Assembly: GCA_963666935.1 (NCBI GenBank)
Contig: OY762936.1
Location: forward strand, 453,354 to 517,353
Direction of reading: 5' to 3'
Length of the DNA stretch: 64,000 bases
DNA from: Christensenellaceae bacterium
GTDB taxonomy: Bacteria; Bacillota; Clostridia; Christensenellales; CAG-138
Shown here: in pieces, positions 9,971 to 21,079 of the stretch
Layout: each line of letters begins with the position of its first letter
How positions within the stretch are numbered: position 1 is the first letter of the stretch
Position numbers and translations under genes: made by a program
The notes under the pieces: model-generated
The model's input: only the letters and a program-made list of their open reading frames with translations
Database searches by the model: none
What the model was told of the DNA's origin: nothing

Positions 9971-10376
9971 TCGGAGCGAGCTGTGAACGACCCAAATAAA
10001 GTTGGATGGATATTACACCTATATTTTACCATCCAAAAAGTGGGGCAACAATGTTGTCGATCTTTACGAATCTTGTCCCGGCGCATCAGGCCAACTTGGC
10101 CCGATGTGCCGATAAAGCGATTCATTGCATTGACATGACGATCGTGCCATGATAAAGCAAACGAAAGAAAGAGTGGTGGGTTGATGTCGGTCATCCTGTA
10201 AGGATTTTGGTTAAACGCATGAGATGAGCAGCTACTCTGCTCTTATTTGTGTTATAAAAAACTGCCTTACAGATTGAACGAGCATCATTTTTTATAATGG
10301 TGTAGATTGTAACACAGTGATATACTGCGCTTTTTTGTTTTCTTTCTATAAGGCAAAATTAGAAAGGAAGAATACC

Positions 10377-11102
10377 ATGTATTCATTTACAAACCAGTTT
10401 ATGTTAAGCGATAAAAATGCAGAGTTCCTCAAAGCCACTATGATGGGGCCAAACGCCATGCGGTTAGCGGAGGAATTGGCGTCGCACCTGAACATCAATG
10501 AGAATATGCGAATCCTTGATCTCGGCTGCGGGTGCGGTCTTTCCACGCTTTTATTAGTGAAAAAATATGGCGCGTCCGTTTTCGCCTCCGATCTCTGGAT
10601 TTCGCCCACTGAAAACTATGAGCGTTTTAAGTCTATTGGGATTGATGATAAGGCTGTTCCTATTTCCGTAGACGCAACCAAAGGCTTGCCTTTTGCAAAC
10701 GGATATTTTGACCTGTTGTTCACTGTGGACGCTTACCATTATTTCGGTGATACGGCGGAAATGCTCCCGTCGCTCATTCCTTTTGTGAAAAAGGGCGGCT
10801 ATATCGCCGTGGCTATTCCCGGCTTAAAATACGAATTCGGGGAAAATATCCCTGATGAAATGAAGCCGTTCTGGATTGATGAGATGGCAAGGACTATACA
10901 CGCCCTTGCTTGGTGGAAAGATTTGTGGAGCGAAGCAGAGAGTATTGAAATCGTAGATATCCGCGAAATGAACTGTTGCAAACAGGCATGGGACGAATGG
11001 CTTACCAGTCCTAATCCCTATGCCGTAAACGATATAAAAATGATGGAGGCTGAGGGCGGAAAGTATTTTAACCTTATTCAGTTGATTGCAAAAGTCATTT
11101 GA
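10377..11102 (+). CDS. class I SAM-dependent methyltransferase (small-molecule type)
   Basis: Motif I ILDLGCGCG is present, with downstream acidic and hydrophobic motifs. RBS aaaggaag precedes the ATG. There are no DNA-MTase DPPY/NPPY motifs. Confidence 0.65.
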   Translation: MYSFTNQFMLSDKNAEFLKATMMGPNAMRLAEELASHLNINENMRILDLGCGCGLSTLLLVKKYGASVFASDLWISPTENYERFKSIGIDDKAVPISVDATKGLPFANGYFDLLFTVDAYHYFGDTAEMLPSLIPFVKKGGYIAVAIPGLKYEFGENIPDEMKPFWIDEMARTIHALAWWKDLWSEAESIEIVDIREMNCCKQAWDEWLTSPNPYAVNDIKMMEAEGGKYFNLIQLIAKVI

Positions 11103-11210
11103 CTATATACTTGCCGTCTTGCCGTTCACATTTACCCCAAAAGGCGAACCCATAAGCATAATGAGAAATTGCGGGGAGCGGAGGCAGATTACCGCCGCTC
11201 CCCGCTGTCG

Positions 11211-11597
11211 TTATAGCGCCACTACCTCCGCAAGCTGTTTGAGCACATCGGATACCCGGTCCCATAGCTCCGCATAATCTTTTTGCAAAGCCGCGATTTC
11301 TAACGGGTACACGCTGTAGGTATTGGCATGGATTGCAACCTGATTCAAGTTAGCGGCACACCTGCGTTGCAGAGAAACAAGCTCCCGGACAGGTGCAAGA
11401 TCGACATTCAGGACGTATCCGTTCAAGGCCATCTTGCGAATGTAGGCACTCATGTTTTGTGTTCCCGCTTCCTCCATGCGGCGCTGGACAGTGTCATACT
11501 CGTCCTGGCTGACCCATACATAAACGGATGAAGTCAACACCTTTTCGGGAATTATCCGGTGCGCTGACTGCGGGGCGGCAATGGCTTTTAACCGCAA
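11211..11597 (-). CDS. mobilisation protein MobC-like (orphan relaxosome accessory protein)
   Basis: Matches the MobC family pattern: an SAYIRKMALNG segment and a LQRRCAANLNQVAIHAN NLNQ-type motif. No relaxase gene is adjacent. Confidence 0.45.
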   Translation of the reverse strand: MRLKAIAAPQSAHRIIPEKVLTSSVYVWVSQDEYDTVQRRMEEAGTQNMSAYIRKMALNGYVLNVDLAPVRELVSLQRRCAANLNQVAIHANTYSVYPLEIAALQKDYAELWDRVSDVLKQLAEVVAL

Positions 11598-12201
11598 GGT
11601 GGAAAAGAGTGGCGTGGTACGGCGGTTTTACCGTTGCAGCCGCTACGCCAACAGCGGGAGCAAATCTTGCTCCATGCACACCATCGACGCGGATACGCTG
11701 GAAAACATCATCTTAGCGGACATCCAGTATTACACTCAGACGGCAATCGGCGACGAAAAGAAACTGTACGACAGGCTTTTATCCTTCTCTGGCCAAGAGT
11801 GTAAAAATAAAAAAGCCGCGCAGGAAAAAGCTCTGCGCGACACGACAAACCGTATTTCGTTCATTCAGGACGCCAGCAAACGGCTGTTCGAGGAAAAAAT
11901 TACGGGCAACGTGCCGGACAGTCTGTTTAAGAATATGCTTTCCGACTATGAGCGCGAGATAAACGAGCCTGAGGAACAGTCTGACAACATCAGGCGGCAG
12001 CTTCAGGATCAGGAAAGCAGCGAGAGCAACGTTCAGAAATGGATGGAACTGATTAGGGAATGCGTTTCCATTGACAGGCTCGACCGGGCCACGGCGTTCC
12101 AGCTTATTGATAACGTGGCCGTGCATGAGCAGACGGATAAAGACGGTCATAAAAGCCAGAGCATTCAGGTTAAATACAATTTTGTGGGATGTTTAAGCTG
12201 A
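11581..12201 (+). pseudogene. C-terminal fragment of a large serine recombinase (zinc-ribbon plus coiled-coil region only; catalytic resolvase domain absent)
   Basis: RFYRCSRYANSGSKSCSMHTIDADTLENIIL resembles the recombinase zinc beta-ribbon, followed by a long coiled coil. There is no upstream in-frame resolvase domain. It overlaps the MobC ORF on the opposite strand. Confidence 0.45.
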
Positions 12202-12227
12202 CCCATCCCAAAATTCTCTATAAAAAG

Positions 12228-12329
12228 CATTATGGGCCGCACCTTACGGCACGGCTCATAATGCAATGGCGGAGAACATGAGTATTTCATTATGAGCCGC
12301 AGGGGGCGCGGCTGAGCGGTCTATCATTT
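12228..12329. repeat. structured element D/E1: inverted repeat hairpin, degenerate tRNA-Ser 3' fragment (tggcggagaa) and conserved 42-bp motif attatgagccgcN6cgcggctgaRcggtYtatcattt
   Basis: Near-identical copy at 27920-27982. It lies 27 bp after the serine-recombinase fragment's stop codon. Confidence 0.5.
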
Positions 12330-13107
12330 ATCAATCCCAAGGTCTTAAAAATAACCATTTATCCTATCCCTATCCCCGATATTACCTGCTCCACAGGAGG
12401 GGCTTACATAGGCGAAATTATCCGAAAAAGACACCGGGAAGCTACAGAAAATCCGTCTATCTATCCATATCATCGTGACGGTCAGAAAGAAGGCCTCACT
12501 GTGCCACGAATGAGCAAAAAGCGGAAGCAGGAATAGGCCTTCTTTCTTAATCACCGCAACCGGATTACATACAACGACCTGTGCCGGAAATGCGTCCATG
12601 GCTGCAAGCAGAGTTTCCGGGCCGTGATTGTGGACTGCACGCGCTATATTTCCAAACGTGCAAAGATGCAGCAGATGTAACCCGCAGCATTAGCGAGTCG
12701 GAATCTGAAAACAGGAAATAGGTTCCCGGCCTTCTTTTTATCTGTCTGATAAAAGTCCTTGACAATTCGCTAAAACGCATGGCGTGATATTAAAAATCTA
12801 TCATGTTTAAGTTCACAGGCCTTTGGAAAAACGCTATTATGAATAGCGAATTATCCGAGCAAAGGCATGCAAAAAAAACAATTGAGAAGAAAGCTCTCGA
12901 ATACTTTTGGTTGGATAATTCCATAACACGAAACTGTGGCTGGTTTTACTGTGGCTATGGGGAAAGTGTAATCGTCCCCACCTGTCATCACGCATTCTGT
13001 CGTTCTGCGCTTCGTATACGCAAAGCTATTATCTGCGCATACCGTCACAATATAGCCCATAAACGCATAGCATATAACGGAAAACATGTTGAAGGAGACA
13101 ACCTGAT

Positions 13108-13653
13108 ATGTATGATAACAGACTGTACCTGCCTCAAACTGTCAGCGTACCAATGTCGCTGTACAAATCGAAGCAAGGTGAATATTTCGACGGCTATGCG
13201 GGAAAACTTCTTTTTACGGGCCCGGACATGAGCGCATGGGCGGGGCTTTTCAACCCGCCTGATTCACGGGTCAACCTGTTCATTAGCTCGTGGGCGGCCA
13301 CAAGTCTGTACAGCAATTTCCGCATTCAGGTATGGTTCAACCCGGTGCTGCCCGGCAGCCCTGACCTATCTGATAGAGTATCGACAACAAATTTCACGCT
13401 GAATCCACAGCCGAAGCCGAAGGTTCAGCTGCTGTATGCTTCCAACGTTAAAGGCAAACCCGAGGGTGGTATGGAGGCATTCTCATTTCGCGGAGGACCG
13501 CAGAACACGATATATGTGCAGGAAAACGGAAAGTTTATCTTCCCACCGGGCGGCTCATTCGCATTGGTTTTGGCGCACAAAGAGGAGCCTGATGCACGGG
13601 CAGAGGGGCGCATTGCCTTCGGTTGGTATGAGGAGCCGGTATGGAATTGTTGA
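13108..13653 (+). CDS. hypothetical protein
   Basis: RBS gaaggaga sits 8 nt upstream of the ATG. The ORF is 181 aa. I recognise no domain. Confidence 0.35.
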   Translation: MYDNRLYLPQTVSVPMSLYKSKQGEYFDGYAGKLLFTGPDMSAWAGLFNPPDSRVNLFISSWAATSLYSNFRIQVWFNPVLPGSPDLSDRVSTTNFTLNPQPKPKVQLLYASNVKGKPEGGMEAFSFRGGPQNTIYVQENGKFIFPPGGSFALVLAHKEEPDARAEGRIAFGWYEEPVWNC

Positions 13654-14122
13654 TGGAGCGGCCGCCATTTTGGGTGCCTTCCGGATCAGTATGAACGCGT
13701 TCGAAGGTCGAAGACCTCCCAGCACGAGCGAAATGCAGCAAAAATCTGTAAGGCATTAGACCAATAGGGTTTATGCCCTTTTATCATTCGGTTCTGTCCA
13801 CGCTTGAGAACACCGAGTCGGTGTTTTTCACGACAATCAATTGGTCTTGTGGAAAGTTATGCTATGCTTATCTGCTTTTCCATTGCAGAAAACGAGTCCG
13901 TTTCAAAAAAGTATGCTTTAAGAACGGATGCTTTTGGGCGTTATAAACTATTGCTACTGAATTTTTATTAATAAGTTAGATTATGCCACCAAATAAGAAT
14001 ATTCGCTATGTGTCAAGTAAACTGGCAAAAGAGATCGCATAAAAAAATGTGCAGAAGAAGCTTGCAGTATTTTATGTTGTTCAAAGCAAAGGGCATAGCA
14101 ATCCCTGAATACTCAGCAGCTT

Positions 14123-14902
14123 GTGTTGATTTACGAACAGGCAAGCAAAGTCATTTTCGCGAGCGACTTCATACCCAGGAACTCTTTAGTCCATGGCATA
14201 CCAGACAAAGCTTATTTGCGATTCAATCCGGCCAGTGTCTGCGCTCTCCCTCGTATAGAAAAGAAGAATATAAAGCCGTTGAATAAAGAACAAAGCGGAG
14301 CCTTCTTAAAGGCTATTAAAGGCTCTCGCTTCGAGACACTATTCACGCTTGACCTATTCACCGGTATGCGTGAAGGTGAAATACTGGGGCTTATGTGGGA
14401 ATGTGTTGATTTTACTAAAGGCACGATTTATATAAAGCAGCAGCTTCAGAGGGAACGCACGAAAAACGGTAAGTATTACTTTGCGCCTTTGAAAAACGAC
14501 AAGTCAAGAACCATTACTCCGGCTCCATGGATAATGAACCTTTTAAAAGAACATAAGAATAAACAAAAAAGCCACCGTCTTGCTGCAGGCGATACCTGGC
14601 AAGACAGCGGCTTAGTGTTCACAGATGAAATTGGCGGTCACTTTGCTATTCCCACGGTGTATAAGCACTTCAAGAACGCAGCGGCTGCAATTGGTTGCCC
14701 TTCAGCACGTTTTCATGACCTCCGGCATAGTTACACTGTCGCTGCAATCCGCTCTGGAGATGATATCAAGACAATTCAAGATAACCTCGGACATGCCACA
14801 GCTTCATTTACTTTAGACATTTACGGTCATGTTACTGATGAAATGAAAAAGGATAGCGCAGACCGCATGGAGGCATATATAAAGAGCGTAATAAACCGGT
14901 AA
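14123..14902 (+). pseudogene. tyrosine recombinase/phage integrase, N-terminally truncated (catalytic domain only)
   Basis: Catalytic-domain motifs are present: FHDLRHSYTVAAIRSG and LGHATASFTLDIYGHV, giving the R..H..R..Y tetrad region. The core-binding N-domain is missing. It is transcribed toward the adjacent tRNA-Ser fragments. Confidence 0.6.
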
Positions 14903-14966
14903 GGAAAAACTTTTATTTTAGAACGCAAAAATGCCCTGAATTCCGCAGAATTCAAGGCTTTTTTGA

Positions 14967-15500
14967 TGGCGGAGAAGGAGGGATTCGATTTCGGCCATCG
15001 GCAGGCCGAGCTTGCACTTCGTACTGCGCTCGTCGCGCCTGGCACGAAATCCCGGCCTCTAAAAACGCTTCACCGGAGCGTTTTCTTAACGTGGCTTCGA
15101 ATCCCACTCAACAACAGGCACAAAAAAAAACCCGTCTTAAAAACGGGCTCTTCTTTGTGGCGGAGAAGGAGGGATTCGAACCCGCATACAGCCATATTTA
15201 TGCGTATTTTTGCGTTATTTACCGTATGGATATTTGGCTAAAAACAGGCTTTTTTTACTTCGCCCGTGTCATTCAATACAACTGATTGATAAGGGGTAAG
15301 GGGTAAAATAAGGGGTAGAAAATGCGCCCTTCAACTAAACTTTTCTGAAGTAGTTTATCTCCCTATTCTTAATTCTTCGTCTGGCCTAATAGCTTCTTGG
15401 TGCAATCTTCTTTGCTTCGTCTATGCTTCAGATTACTTTAGTTCATGCTTTGTTCAATTTAATACTTACTTCCATAGCAGCCCTTTCTATGATGGGAACT
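14967..15500. repeat. 535-bp direct repeat R1 (copy 2 at 21791-22325), containing two tRNA-Ser 3'-end fragments
   Basis: Nearly identical to 21791-22325, with a few substitutions near the ends. Contains tggcggagaaggagggattcga at 14967-14988 and tggcggagaaggagggattcgaaccc at 15158-15183. Also contains a minus-strand terminator (cccgtttttaagacggg plus T9) and a triple aagggg-ta repeat at 15281-15311. ORFs predicted inside are translation artefacts. Confidence 0.8.
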
Positions 15501-15605
15501 ATGACCTGCCAGTTTCTCCATTAAATGCTGACGACGATTTTGTCCAATCTAATTATGGCGTTATTATTTGCGCTAATCTTCATGATGAACGTAGGTTGCT
15601 TTTTA

Positions 15606-17105
15606 TTAAGAAAACACAAATCCGCGCTCTCGAAATAACTTTATACAAGCATCAACCACTTTACCGTCATATTTTACCCCTCGGTGCATAGCAATCTCAT
15701 TGATTGCTGCATCAATACCCAAAGCTGGCCGGTACGGGCGATGTGACATCATTGCTTCAACAACATCTGCGACAGCCAATATCCTACTTTCAGTAATTAT
15801 TTGGTCTGCTTTCAGTTTCTGAGGATAGCCGCTACCATCCAGTCTCTCATGATGCTGATAAATCATCTCGATAATCTGCTGAGGAAAGTCAATTTCTTTG
15901 ACTATTTCATAGCTATATTCAACGTGACCCTGCAATATTTGATATTCCAGGTTGGATATTTTGCCAGGCTTGTTGAGAATGTCAGAAGGGATGTGAACTT
16001 TACCAATATCATGAATAAGCGCGCCAATCGATATATTATATATGACATCATCCGGTAGTTTCATTTCTTTGGCAATCGCACAAGACAATAACGCTACTCT
16101 CTTTTGATGTCCTGCAGTATATGCATCCTTCAGCTCTCCAATTTTTGATATTGTATTGATTGTTTGCTGCAACCTAAGAAGAAGTTTTTCATTTTTCCTC
16201 GCAAGTTCCTCTGACAGCACATGCAGGTTTTGACTTAACTGTGCAAGATTTTCCGCTGCAAGTTTGCGTTCCGAGATATCAATGCAAAAGGCAAGAATGC
16301 AGTTGTCATCAATTTTTGTACCAAAAAGGTCTATCCAATAATCTTTACTATCTTTTTTTCTAACTAAATATTCTGCAGATAAAATTCCTTTGTCTATAAG
16401 TTCATGAAAATCTGCAAGCCCTTTTTCAATTTGATCAGTTGCAAGGAAATCAGCCACAGATAGGCCTAATACCTCTTTCTTTGTACGCCCCATCATCCGG
16501 CATCCCATTTCATTTACATCAATATATCGGCCTAGAGCGTTAGTCACAAAAACTCCGATTGGGGCCTTTTTGATGTAAGATTTGAAGATATCTTCACTTC
16601 TTCTTAACTTGATTTCAAGCTTTTTCCGTTCGCTAATCTCTTGTTTCAGTTCGCTTGTGCGGTGTTCCACCAACAATTCAAGCTGATCTTTTCGATTGCT
16701 GACAAGTATGTTTCTCTCTTTGATTTTTGCCATTGCAATTAATTGTGTTATTAATACCATGTCATCTATTGGTTTGAAAAGAAATGCCTCTGCTCCTGCT
16801 TCAAAAGCTTTTAGCCGGAGTTGCTGGTCGTCTTCTAAGTCAGTAATAAATAACATTGGAGTAAACTGTAGGCTTTGCTCTTTCTTTAAAATCTGACTTA
16901 TTTTCAAACCATCAGCTTTACTCATAGATATATCAAGCAAAATAACATCAGGGTCATGGTCTTTTGCATATTTTATGCATTGTAATATTTTTGAGGTAAT
17001 GTCAATTTTTGCTCCAGGAAGCGCTTTGGAAATAGTTTCCGCCAAACTTTTTGAATTAGTTATACTATCGCCTAGAATTATAATTTTTAGGTTTCTTTCC
17101 TCCAT
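15606..17105 (-). CDS. response regulator with REC, PAS and HD-GYP (c-di-GMP phosphodiesterase) domains
   Basis: REC motif DVILLDISMSKADGLKI is present. The HD-GYP signature HDIGK ... HHERLDGSGYP is present. RBS ggaggaaagaaat precedes the ATG at 17105. Confidence 0.7.
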   Translation of the reverse strand: MEERNLKIIILGDSITNSKSLAETISKALPGAKIDITSKILQCIKYAKDHDPDVILLDISMSKADGLKISQILKKEQSLQFTPMLFITDLEDDQQLRLKAFEAGAEAFLFKPIDDMVLITQLIAMAKIKERNILVSNRKDQLELLVEHRTSELKQEISERKKLEIKLRRSEDIFKSYIKKAPIGVFVTNALGRYIDVNEMGCRMMGRTKKEVLGLSVADFLATDQIEKGLADFHELIDKGILSAEYLVRKKDSKDYWIDLFGTKIDDNCILAFCIDISERKLAAENLAQLSQNLHVLSEELARKNEKLLLRLQQTINTISKIGELKDAYTAGHQKRVALLSCAIAKEMKLPDDVIYNISIGALIHDIGKVHIPSDILNKPGKISNLEYQILQGHVEYSYEIVKEIDFPQQIIEMIYQHHERLDGSGYPQKLKADQIITESRILAVADVVEAMMSHRPYRPALGIDAAINEIAMHRGVKYDGKVVDACIKLFRERGFVFS

Positions 17106-17195
17106 ATTTCTTTCCTCCAATAATATTTTCCATACCAAGGTGTTGCAAATATAACTTATCACGTTAATCCCACCATAAACATTTGAAAAATCACC

Positions 17196-17408
17196 TCAGC
17201 CACAAAACATACGAGCAACATCGAAAGAACAGGCTTCTGGCTGCGCTTCCATCGCATCTGCCATGGTCTTAAGTTCTTCTAAGTTAATCGTTTCACGCTT
17301 CAGCTTTTTACCGAAGGCCTGCGGCGACTGACCTAACCGTCTAGCCAACTCGGAGACACTGATATTCATCTGTTCACATAGCTGTCGTATCATGTCCGAG
17401 GTTTTCAT
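17196..17408 (-). CDS. XRE-family helix-turn-helix transcriptional regulator
   Basis: MIRQLCEQMNISVSELARRLGQSPQAFGKK is a Cro/C1-type HTH. RBS ggaggaactatt precedes the ATG at 17408. It sits directly upstream of, and is co-oriented with, the HD-GYP gene. Confidence 0.6.
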   Translation of the reverse strand: MKTSDMIRQLCEQMNISVSELARRLGQSPQAFGKKLKRETINLEELKTMADAMEAQPEACSFDVARMFCG

Positions 17409-17592
17409 AATAGTTCCTCCATGTATCAATAAAAACATTATAAATCATTTGGCTAAACAATAATAGCGTGGGCGGCCTTCGCGGGGTGGTTTTTCCACCC
17501 CTCCGCAAAGCGATATATATTGGGCTTTTCCCGATGGGCGTTATTTTCCTCGATCTCAATAAATCCATGCGAAACCAGTTCATTTACCACTT

Positions 17593-18676
17593 TTGCGAAC
17601 CCACCACGTTCTCAAGCAAATTGGCGTGGAAGGGTCCGAAGAAGGCTTAACCACAATCGCCAATACCATATCAGACGCGCTTATAATGGGGGATAAGTCT
17701 GCCATCAATCTCTCTACCCCGAACTACATGGCGCAGGGCATAAACGAACAAGAGGCTGCCAGAAAAGCGTATACCGACGCGGTCAACGGTCTGGCTCTTG
17801 ACACTCTCGGCAGTATGGTATCGGACAGCTTTGCGGGTTCTTTTGGTTCGGCACAGGGCAGGACAAACAACACTGCGCAGGACACAACACAGCCAGTTCA
17901 ACAGGATACGCGCCCTGTACAGCCCATTCACCAAGTTCAGCCAGAAGTGGTACAGCCCGTACAGCCCGTTCCACAGACGATACAGCCAATGGAAATCGCG
18001 CAACCGAATATGGCAGCACAATTCATTGAAACCGCGATTGAAACGGATGGAGCCGAAAATACCCCGGCAATGCAAGAAACCATATGGCAATATCCTGGTA
18101 ATGTTGATCGCGGACTGGTAGATTATGTGAAACAGTCTGCCTCTTCCGAATCCAACTCACTAAAACCCTATGAACTCAATACGGTAAGTGATCGGGCCGC
18201 ATCTGATATCAGAAACAAGTTGAACACATACTGAAACGACACGGCCGAAACGGATTGGCAGATCAAAGTATGTCTGACGTTAATAATATCGGTCGGATTC
18301 AGTATGCGCTTGATAATTACGATGCCGTAGAAGACGGCGGCCGAGTCACCGGATATTCAGAAAGAATCCCCGGGAAAGATCAAAACAGAACTGCCAGAAG
18401 CATCAAGTATTCAAGAAAATTGATGGCACTATGTATGTTGTTGAGGCTGTGCCGGATACCACAAAAAAGACAGTCTATGTAGTTTCTGCATACATAAATA
18501 AAAGAGGATCGTCTTCGCTCCCCAGCTCAAATACGGGGGTGATTACCGAAAACGACGAACTGTTTTTTAATCTCAACCTTAGCTGTGTGGATACTTCTGT
18601 GGCACGTACAGGGCGAAAAGGATATATTTGCACTCGCGAAGCGATTCTCCTGTCGGTAGACAAGGAAACCTTTTAA
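17593..18676 (+). pseudogene. frameshifted remnant ORFs, possibly the C-terminal part of a large polyvalent/conjugative-element protein
   Basis: Three overlapping ORFs in different frames (17593-18234, 18255-18482, 18431-18676). There is no proper ATG or RBS. A Q/P-rich linker is present. Confidence 0.25.
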
Positions 18677-18706
18677 TCCACGACCCCGTCCCCACGGTTA
18701 GCTTGT

Positions 18707-21079
18707 TCAGGTTAGTGAAGTGTCAGCCTGTTCCCGCAACAAATCGGCAAACTGTTCCGGCACAATAGGTCTGCTAAAGTGGAACCCCTGCATCTCGTCA
18801 CAGGACTGATCCTTTAGGTAGTTCATTTGTTCTATTGTTTCGACACCTTCGGCCACAACTGTTAAACCTAAGGTTTCACCCATGGCAATGATAGCATGGG
18901 TAATCGCCTTGTCTTCAGCGTTTTCCGGGACATTACGGATAAATGAACGGTCAATCTTTAGCGTATCAATGGGGAAATGCTTGAGCTGGGCAAGAGATGA
19001 GTATCCTGTACCAAAATCATCAATGGCCAGTCGCACTCCTATACTTTTAATTCTAACTAACACATCCATCATTTTCGTAGGGTTAGTCATTATCATGCTT
19101 TCGGTAATTTCCAATTCCAATAGATTTGGTGCCATACCGGAATCGTTTAGAGCGGCTTTTATATCATCTATCAGATTGTTATCTGCAAGTTGTCGTAATG
19201 ACAAATTTACCGCCATACAGACAGCTGGAAGCCCCTGCTTTTGCCATGCAACGTTTTGAGCGCATGCTGTCTTCAATACCCACTTACCAATTGACACTAT
19301 CATTCCTGTTTCTTCAGCCACTGGGATGAATTGCGTGGGAGTCACTGAACCAAGGTGTGGATTTTGCCAGCGAAGGAGTGCTTCCACGCCGGTTATGATG
19401 CCTGTTTTGAAATTCACTTTTGCTTGATAATGTAAAGAAAGCTCATTTCGTTCAAGCGCAAGCCGTAGATTTGTCTCAATAGCCAAACGTCCTGCTGATT
19501 GCAACTGAATATCTTCGGAGTAAAATTGAAAGTTGTTTTTGCCTTCTTCTTTGGCATAATACATAGCCATATCCGCATGTTTCATCAGTAGTTGTTCGTC
19601 TTCGCCATCCTGAGGGTATATGCTTATGCCAATGCTGGCAGTTACTCGGCATTCGTCACCCAGCAGAACTATTGGTTTATAAGTGCTGGCAAGAATATTA
19701 TTAGCTACAAGTTCTAAATCACTCAACTTGTTAAAGTCCTCAATCAAAATAATAAATTCATCTCCACCCTGACGGCTGACAACATCCTCTGCGCGTAGTG
19801 TTTGCTTATATCGCATGGCAATCTCTTGCAGCAGTTGATCTCCTGCCTCGTGACCCTTAGTGTCGTTGATTATCTTGAAACGGTCAAGGTCAATGAAGAA
19901 AACTGCTAATTTCCGTTTGTGACGTTTCGCAGTCTGGATCGAATGGTTAAGAATTTGGGAAAGCATCAATCGGTTGGGCAACCCCGTCAGGCTATCATGT
20001 GTGGCGAGATATTGAATCTTTCCCTCGGCGATTTTATATTCGGTAACATCTTTGGATGCGAGGACAAATCCTATCCGGGTATTATAATTATCGCTGCATT
20101 CGGAAATTGATAGAATTATTGGAATATTCACACCTGCGCTAGAAACCATGAACGTTTCCACATTCCGTATAGGACATGAGTTCAGCAATTCGGAAATGCT
20201 TGTATTGGTTGATTCGCCATCCGAGAGGAAGAGTCTTCCCAGCGGTTCTCCACCCAATTCCTTTTGGGTGTATCCCAGCAGCCTTTGCGTTTCCGGATTA
20301 ATACTTAATATGATTCCTTTTTGATCTGTAAGAATTACAGAATCGATGATTGTCTGAAATAAATTCTCTGCAATTAAAGATGGTGACAGTGTCATTAATT
20401 TATATTTTATAATAGCATATAAAATTCCCAGTTGCCAGATCATCATTCCTGCTGCAATCATATCCGGGATTTCGGCTTTGATGATTATATTTGCACACAC
20501 ATTATACCCCATGGTAAACAAAAAGGAAGTTGCGCCCGAAAAAAATATTATTTTAGTCTGTTTTCGTTCCCTTGTTGAGGTAGCTCTTCTTAGCACAGAA
20601 TAACATAAGTACATGTTTATTGTCCCTAAGATTCCTATGAAAATCATTAAAATCCAATACCATGCTGACGCTGCATTAGCAACTAATCTCCATCCGTATT
20701 GATTATAAATCACATCACTAAAGTATAAATTTTGTTTTATTGCCTGAAATATAAAAATAATTGCGGGCAAATAAAGCACAATGTAAATCCACCATTTTTT
20801 TAAAATGTTATCCTTTTTCGTATATACAAGAAGAAAGTGAAGAGCAAGGCTCGAAAATGTGCAAAATCCAATAGACGCTATCGTATTCCAAATGATACAA
20901 CTGGCTTTATCAGGCATGATTATTGAAACAGCGGTAGCAAACGACCATATAAAAAGACTTAGATTAAGCACAAAATACGTCCTGTTTAATGCTGCTTTTC
21001 TGTCCTTGAAGAGCATAACAACGCCCATAGTAAGATAAATAATACTAAATAAAAACAATAACTGTGAAAAAAAGTTCAT
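18707..21079 (-). CDS. membrane sensor diguanylate cyclase/phosphodiesterase (multi-TM N-domain, PAS, GGDEF, EAL)
   Basis: About 8 N-terminal TM helices. GGDEF motif RQGGDEFIIL is present. EAL motifs EALLRW and DDFGTGYSSL are present. RBS ggag sits 8 nt upstream of the ATG. Confidence 0.75.
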   Translation of the reverse strand: MNFFSQLLFLFSIIYLTMGVVMLFKDRKAALNRTYFVLNLSLFIWSFATAVSIIMPDKASCIIWNTIASIGFCTFSSLALHFLLVYTKKDNILKKWWIYIVLYLPAIIFIFQAIKQNLYFSDVIYNQYGWRLVANAASAWYWILMIFIGILGTINMYLCYSVLRRATSTRERKQTKIIFFSGATSFLFTMGYNVCANIIIKAEIPDMIAAGMMIWQLGILYAIIKYKLMTLSPSLIAENLFQTIIDSVILTDQKGIILSINPETQRLLGYTQKELGGEPLGRLFLSDGESTNTSISELLNSCPIRNVETFMVSSAGVNIPIILSISECSDNYNTRIGFVLASKDVTEYKIAEGKIQYLATHDSLTGLPNRLMLSQILNHSIQTAKRHKRKLAVFFIDLDRFKIINDTKGHEAGDQLLQEIAMRYKQTLRAEDVVSRQGGDEFIILIEDFNKLSDLELVANNILASTYKPIVLLGDECRVTASIGISIYPQDGEDEQLLMKHADMAMYYAKEEGKNNFQFYSEDIQLQSAGRLAIETNLRLALERNELSLHYQAKVNFKTGIITGVEALLRWQNPHLGSVTPTQFIPVAEETGMIVSIGKWVLKTACAQNVAWQKQGLPAVCMAVNLSLRQLADNNLIDDIKAALNDSGMAPNLLELEITESMIMTNPTKMMDVLVRIKSIGVRLAIDDFGTGYSSLAQLKHFPIDTLKIDRSFIRNVPENAEDKAITHAIIAMGETLGLTVVAEGVETIEQMNYLKDQSCDEMQGFHFSRPIVPEQFADLLREQADTSLT

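Noticed and set aside
12803-13231. Cys-rich 142-aa ORF and overlapping minus-strand 78-aa ORF
   Set aside because: No RBS and no recognisable motif. Both ORFs overlap each other and the adjacent real ORF 13108-13653, and look like noise in a degraded region.
14967-15062. Possible intact minus-strand tRNA at repeat fragment A
   Set aside because: Only the last ~22 nt match tRNA-Ser. Upstream sequence forms a long hairpin but no acceptor 5' strand (ggagaag), D-arm or anticodon arm could be found. It was treated as an att-core remnant.
14963-15285. ORFs 14963-15241, 15091-15285, 21763-22065, 21786-22109 predicted inside the 535-bp repeats
   Set aside because: They are translations of tRNA-derived and terminator sequence (AEKEGFEP is the reverse translation of a tRNA T-arm/acceptor). 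There is no RBS, and identical copies simply reflect the DNA repeat.
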